Assembly (NCBI RefSeq): GCF_006345805.1
Contig: NW_021827725.1
Span: 1-9,982 of the forward strand
From: Octopus sinensis
Lineage: Eukaryota
Reading direction: 5' to 3'
DNA: 9,982 bases
Under the pieces are notes generated by a model, which was not told the DNA's origin, did no database searches, and saw only the letters and a list, made by a program, of their open reading frames with translations. A program made the translations under genes and the position numbers. The first letter of the stretch is position 1. The number at the start of each line of letters is the position of its first letter. Below, one piece after another: positions 5,688-9,982 of the stretch.

Positions 5688-6415
5688 GTGGTCGTGGTGG
5701 TGGTGGAGGCAGCGGTGCCGATGGTGATCGGGATGGATGTTATAGTATCGATGTTTGAAGTAGTATTACTAGTAACAATGCTTGTAGTGGTAGCAGTAGT
5801 AGTTTCAGATGTAGTAGTGGTTGTGATGGTGGCGGTGGTGGTGGTGGTGTGGTGGTGGTGGTGGAGGGTGGTCTGTAGTGGTTGAAGCGACCGAAATGGG
5901 AGGTTTTTCTTTCACAGGGCAGAGAGAGCGAGACAGGGGTTGGTGGTGCAGGGTGGAAGGTAGCAACCAAGAGAATGGTCGGGTGTTAGTAGTGATGATG
6001 ATGATGATGGTGGTGGTGATGATGGTGATGATGGTAGTGGTGTTGGTGGTGTTGGTGGTGATGATGATGGTGCTGGTAGTGGTGGTGGTGTTGGTGGTGA
6101 TGATGATGGTGCTGGTAGTGGTGGTGGTGATGGTGGTGGTGATGGTGGAGATGATGGTGATGATGGTGGTGATGGTAGTGATGATGGTGGTGGTGATGGT
6201 GGTGTTAGTGGTGATGATGATGATGGTGATGATGATGGTGGTGATGATGGTGATGATGATGGTGGTGATGATGGTGATGATGATGGTGGTGGTGGTGGTG
6301 GTGGTGGTGGTGGTGGTGGTAGTAGTGATTGCAGTTGTGGTGGTCATGATGGTGATGATGATGACGACGATGGTAGTGGCGGTGTCAGTGGTGGCAGTGA
6401 TGGTGGCAATGAGGG
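5688..6415. repeat. Compound (GGT)n/(GAT)n/(AGT)n trinucleotide tract
   Basis: In-phase trinucleotide mixture, densest at 5990-6410. Confidence 0.9.
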
Positions 6416-6539
6416 GGGGCGAGTGGGGATAGGCCGCTGTGCTGCAGCACCAACAAGAGCGACCTCTATGGTCTACCACCACAAACACTAACATCATCAT
6501 CATCATCATCATCAGTGTTCCCCACCCCGTTGACATAGT

Positions 6540-7367
6540 TGCCCCTATCCGACCACCTCCAATATTGTCATGCGCGAATGGAAGTGCCTCTACATAGTTG
6601 CACAATCTGCTAGAGATAGCAACCAAATCTCCCTCAAAGTACACCCAACTATTGGAAATAGTGAAGGACATTTCAATTTACAACTGTTTTGAACTGGTAA
6701 CCCAACAACTAGAAAAATTACATGGTCCATGGACCTGCTAGAAAGAGCAGCGAAAACTCCTTCAAATCTCACACCCAAATCTTGCCTTCAGAAATTAAAA
6801 TCGGAAGGATACATTAGATAATGTAGTCCAAAATATACTGTGTCATGGCTAGAACTTCTTTGATAATAGGTCTGCTTGACCTGGTTTGACCCAGGGTTAA
6901 ACAGCAACAGCAACAACTATTGCCACTAGTACTAACTGCTATACTATACATTAGATAATGTAGTCCTAGATACGCATTGTCAGAATGAAAGATGGGATGG
7001 TCATGGTTGGAACGTCTATGCTCAGTTCTGCTTGATCAAGATTGACCTGGAGTTGAACAACAACAACAGTTACTAATAGTAACTATTAACTGTACATTGG
7101 ATAATGTAGTCCTAGATACACATTGTCAGAATGAATGATGGGATGGTCATGGGTGGAACGTCTATGCTCAAGATTGACCTGGAGTTGAACAACAACAACG
7201 ACATCAGCAACAACTACAGTTACTAATAGTAACTACTATACTGTGCATTGGATAATGTAGTCTTAGATACACTGTGCCTGAATAACAGATGAGATGGTCA
7301 AAGCAGGAACGTCTTTCATCATAGATCTACTGGAACCGGGCTGTCCTAGGGTGAAACAATAACAACA
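6540..7367 (+). mobile_element. Degenerate retroelement 3' region followed by four tandem copies of its 3' end
   Basis: Units begin T(A/G)CATT(A/G)GATAATGTAGTC at 6810, 6947, 7093 and 7244 (periods 137, 146, 151) and each ends in a (CAA)n-like tail. The family (SINE or LINE 3' UTR) cannot be assigned from sequence alone. Confidence 0.65.
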
Positions 7368-7369
7368 TC

Positions 7370-7812
7370 ACTACTACTGTCACTACCACCACCACCACAC
7401 CAACACCACCACCACCACCACCACCACCACTACACCACCACCACTACACCACCACCACCACTACACCACCACTACACCACCACCACCACTACACCACCAC
7501 CACTACACCACCACCACCACTACACCACCACTACACCACCACCACCACTACAAAACCACCACCACTACACCACCACCACTACACCACCACCACCACTACA
7601 CCACCACCACCACTACATCACCACCACCACTACACCACCACCACTACACCACCACCACCACTACACCACCACCACCACTACACCACCACCACTACCACCA
7701 TCACAACCATCGTCACTTCTATCATCACCACCACCACCACCACACCACCACCACCATCACTACTACTGCCAATACTACCAGTACCACCACCGCCACCGCC
7801 ACCACCACCACT
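7370..7812. repeat. (CCA)n-CTACA compound minisatellite/microsatellite
   Basis: Variable units of 11, 14 and 17 nt (CCACCACTACA plus extra CCA), grading into (CCA/CTA)n. Confidence 0.92.
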
Positions 7813-8089
7813 GTATACTACTGGCTCCTGCAACTGTAAACCCACAATCAAACTGCATGAACGACTTTCTCAACAGCTACCACCACTACTACTACTACTG
7901 CTGCTGCTACTGCTGTTGTTGCTGCTGTTGCTGCTGCTGCTACTGCTTGCCTGTCGATGATGGTTTATAGCAATCTGCAGTTACTGAATCAATATTTTGT
8001 CGGAGCGAGTGACAGTGGCAGTGGCGGTGTTGGTGGTGGTGGTGGCGGTGGCGGTGGTGGAGGAAGAAGATTATGGCAGAGACACACGG

Positions 8090-8162
8090 ACAGACATACA
8101 GAGATAGACAGAGAGACAGATATGTAATAGATGTAAGAGATCGATGGATAGCGGATAGATCT

Positions 8163-8193
<31 letters not shown>

Positions 8194-8416
8194 TATGAGA
8201 TAGATATGATAGATCGATAGATAGATAGATGGGTAGATAGATGATAGATGGACATGGATGGATGATAGATAGATAGATAGATAGATGATAGATGCTAGAT
8301 AGAGAGATAGATAAATAGATAGATAGAGAGATAGATAGATAGATAGACAGATAGATAGATAGATAGAGATAGATAGATAATGGGTAGATAGATAGATAGA
8401 TGATAGATAGATAATG

Positions 8417-8474
<58 letters not shown>

Positions 8475-8618
8475 ACATAGAGATAGATAATAGATAGATA
8501 GATAATAGATAGATAGAGATAGATAGATAGATGGGTAATAGATAGATAGACAGATAGATAGATAGATATAGATAGATAGACAGATCGATATATAGATAGA
8601 TAGATAGATAGATAGATA
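8090..8618. repeat. (GATA)n tetranucleotide tract
   Basis: About 500 bp of interrupted GATA repeats. Confidence 0.95.
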
Positions 8619-8740
8619 TTATTAGGTGTAGAAGTCTGTTGTACACATACATACACATATGTATATATACATATGCACACACACACATATATATGCATAC
8701 ACACACATACAAACAACATACACGTGCATATCTATACAGC

Positions 8741-8839
8741 AGGCTTCTTCCAGTTTCCATCTACCAAGGCTTTGGTCAGCCTGATGCCACGCAGTGGAAC
8801 TGAGCCCAATAACCATATCATTGGGAATCAAACTTCTTA
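8741..8839 (-). mobile_element. Deleted 5' half of the 1757-2170 SINE family
   Basis: Aligns to 2017-2155 with two internal deletions. Confidence 0.7.
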
Positions 8840-8852
8840 GAACGATGTAGAT

Positions 8853-9006
8853 GTGACTCTGTGCTGAGAAGCTTGTTTCCCAACCACCTGGTTCTGGGTT
8901 CAGTTGGAACTGCATGGCACCTTGGGCAAGTGTCTCCTACTATAGCCTAGGGCCAACCAAAACCTTGTGAGTGGATTTGGTAGACGGAAACTGAAAGAAA
9001 CCCATC
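8853..9006 (+). mobile_element. 5' half of the same SINE family, head-to-head with 8741-8839
   Basis: Aligns to the reverse complement of 2014-2168 (…CCTTGTGAGTGGATTTGGTAGACGGAAACTGAAAGAA…) and ends in a TA run. Confidence 0.8.
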
Positions 9007-9028
9007 ATATATATATATATATATCTTT

Positions 9029-9180
9029 ACATTCTGAGTTCAAATTCTACTGAGGTCAGTTTTGCCTTTCATCCTTTTGGGGTCAATAAATTAAGTACCA
9101 GTGAAACACTGGGGTTAATGTAATCGACTGTTCTCCTCCCCCAAATTTCAGGCCTTCAGCCTATAGTAGAAAGGATTATT
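9029..9180 (+). mobile_element. 5'-truncated SINE of a third family
   Basis: Aligns with 9891-9982 (GAGTTCAAATTC…GAGGTC…TTTGCCTTTCATCCTTT…AATTAAGTACCAGT) and ends in a TTA/TTG tail. Confidence 0.75.
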
Positions 9181-9265
9181 GTTGTTGTTGTTTGTGTTAT
9201 TGTTATTATTATTGTTGTTGTTGTTATTGTTATTATTATTGTTGTTGTTGTTATTTTTTTTATTA
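9176..9265. repeat. (TTG)n/(TTA)n tract
   Basis: Mixed trinucleotide run shared as tail or target by the flanking SINE and the RLE element. Confidence 0.9.
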
Positions 9266-9267
9266 TT

Positions 9268-9818
9268 TAGTAGTCTTATGTTTACCACATGCTTTCACTT
9301 CACTACCGAGTGCAACTCCGTGTGCCTTGGGTATGAGCTGGGATTTGTTGTGATGCTCTGATGGTTATTGTATGGAAAGTGTTCTGCGTAGGATGTGTGC
9401 AGTGACCAGTAGTGCAATTTTCTGTATGATTTGATTTTGATTTTTCCAGTTTCAGCTCATGAGCTGTGGCCATGCTGGGGCACCGCCATTTGCCACTAGT
9501 ACTAACTGCTATACTATACATTAGATAATGTAGTCCTAGATACACATTTTCAGAATGAAAGATGGGATGGTCATGGGTGGAACATCTATGCTCAGTTCTG
9601 CTTGATTGACCTTCCGGTATGTTATATATATTTGCAAGTCCTGGTGTTTTTGTTATGTATTTGTCTGAATATTTTTTTATCATACCTAATGTGCCTGCTA
9701 TGATAGGAATTGTTGCTGTTTTCAGGCTCCACATTCGAGTTACCTCTATTTCTAGATCTTTATATTTCAAAAGTTTCTTGGTTTCTTTTAGAGAAACATT
9801 GTCATCTGTTAGTATTGA
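9268..9818 (-). mobile_element. R4/Dong-like RLE non-LTR retrotransposon 3' fragment (endonuclease C-terminus plus 3' UTR), interrupted
   Basis: Removing the insert gives SILTDDNVSLKETKKLLKYKDLEIEVTRMWSLKTATIPIIAGTLGMIKK…NIYNIQKIALLVTAHILRRTLSIQ* (stop 9367-9365), containing the RLE K-x-x-KY-x-x-L motif. The 3' end abuts (AAT/AAC)n, in line with Dong-type (TAA)n targeting. Confidence 0.85.
9429..9616 (-). mobile_element. 188-bp chimeric retro-insertion (SINE 3' end plus captured local sequence)
   Basis: Flanked by GTATG direct repeats (9424-9428 and 9617-9621). 9429-9491 is a SINE 3' end with tail, and 9490-9612 is a copy of 6920-7048. Confidence 0.75.
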
Positions 9819-9820
9819 AA

Positions 9821-9982
9821 GGCGGCAAGCTGGCAGAAACGTTAGCATGCCAGGCGAAATGTGTAGCCGTATTTCGTCTGCCGTTACGTTGTGAGTTCAA
9901 ATTCCACCGAGGTCGACTTTGCCTTTCATCCTTTCGGGGTCGATAATTAAGTACCAGTTACGCACTGGGGTCGATGTAATCG
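9821..9982 (+). mobile_element. SINE (same family as 9029-9180) with 5' head, running off the window
   Basis: Head GGCGGCAAGCTGGCAGAAACGTTAG and B-box-like GAGTTCAAATTCC; in-window homology to 9029-9128. Confidence 0.75.

Noticed and set aside
5904-5960. Strong plus-strand acceptor TTTTTCTTTCACAG|G
   Set aside because: It is followed only by a weak donor (AAG|GTAGCA) and an uninformative peptide, so there is no support for an exon.
6509-6515. Minus-strand CTGATGA core
   Set aside because: It is the edge of a (CAT)n run, with no GAAA or stems.
5688-6671. 288-aa Thr/Ile-rich and 184-aa Val/Met-rich ORFs (mucin-like appearance)
   Set aside because: They come from a GGT/GAT trinucleotide tract open on both strands, and the N-terminus is antisense repeat sequence.
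6810-7367. CRISPR-like array
   Set aside because: The context is eukaryotic, and the units are long degenerate tandem repeats without unique spacers.
7861-8127. Plus-strand 89-codon open frame (poly-Thr/Ala, then poly-Gly)
   Set aside because: It is mostly trinucleotide repeats, with no convincing splice pair or recognisable domain.
7940-8760. 259-aa and 199-aa (YLSI)n ORFs
   Set aside because: They are translations of the (GATA)n tract.

Overview
AT-rich, microsatellite-dense eukaryotic non-coding DNA. The SINE families and repeat landscape look like an octopod cephalopod (Octopus); this is my recognition, not a database result. There is no intact protein-coding gene, and most listed ORFs are microsatellite artefacts. 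The main signal is in the left 4.3 kb, which holds five type I hammerhead ribozyme (HHR) motifs (646-689 -, 1005-1049 -, 2774-2865 +, 3135-3169 +, 4081-4129 -), most with the very short or palindromic stem III known from Penelope-like elements (PLEs). Three of the HHRs sit inside long fold-back (inverted-repeat) elements (483-825, 846-1248, 3332-4329). These three share one architecture: HHR, then 136-143 nt, then a covarying 3' stem-loop, then an end in AT/TA-rich DNA. A fourth fold-back (103-357) has no HHR. The window also has several tRNA-derived SINEs and a tandem pair of RTE LINE 3' ends inside one 10-bp TSD. An R4/Dong-like RLE retrotransposon 3' end is interrupted by a chimeric 188-bp insert that copies sequence from 2.6 kb away. 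There is a 4-unit tandem array of a retroelement tail and one weak candidate minus-strand terminal exon (4996-4908).
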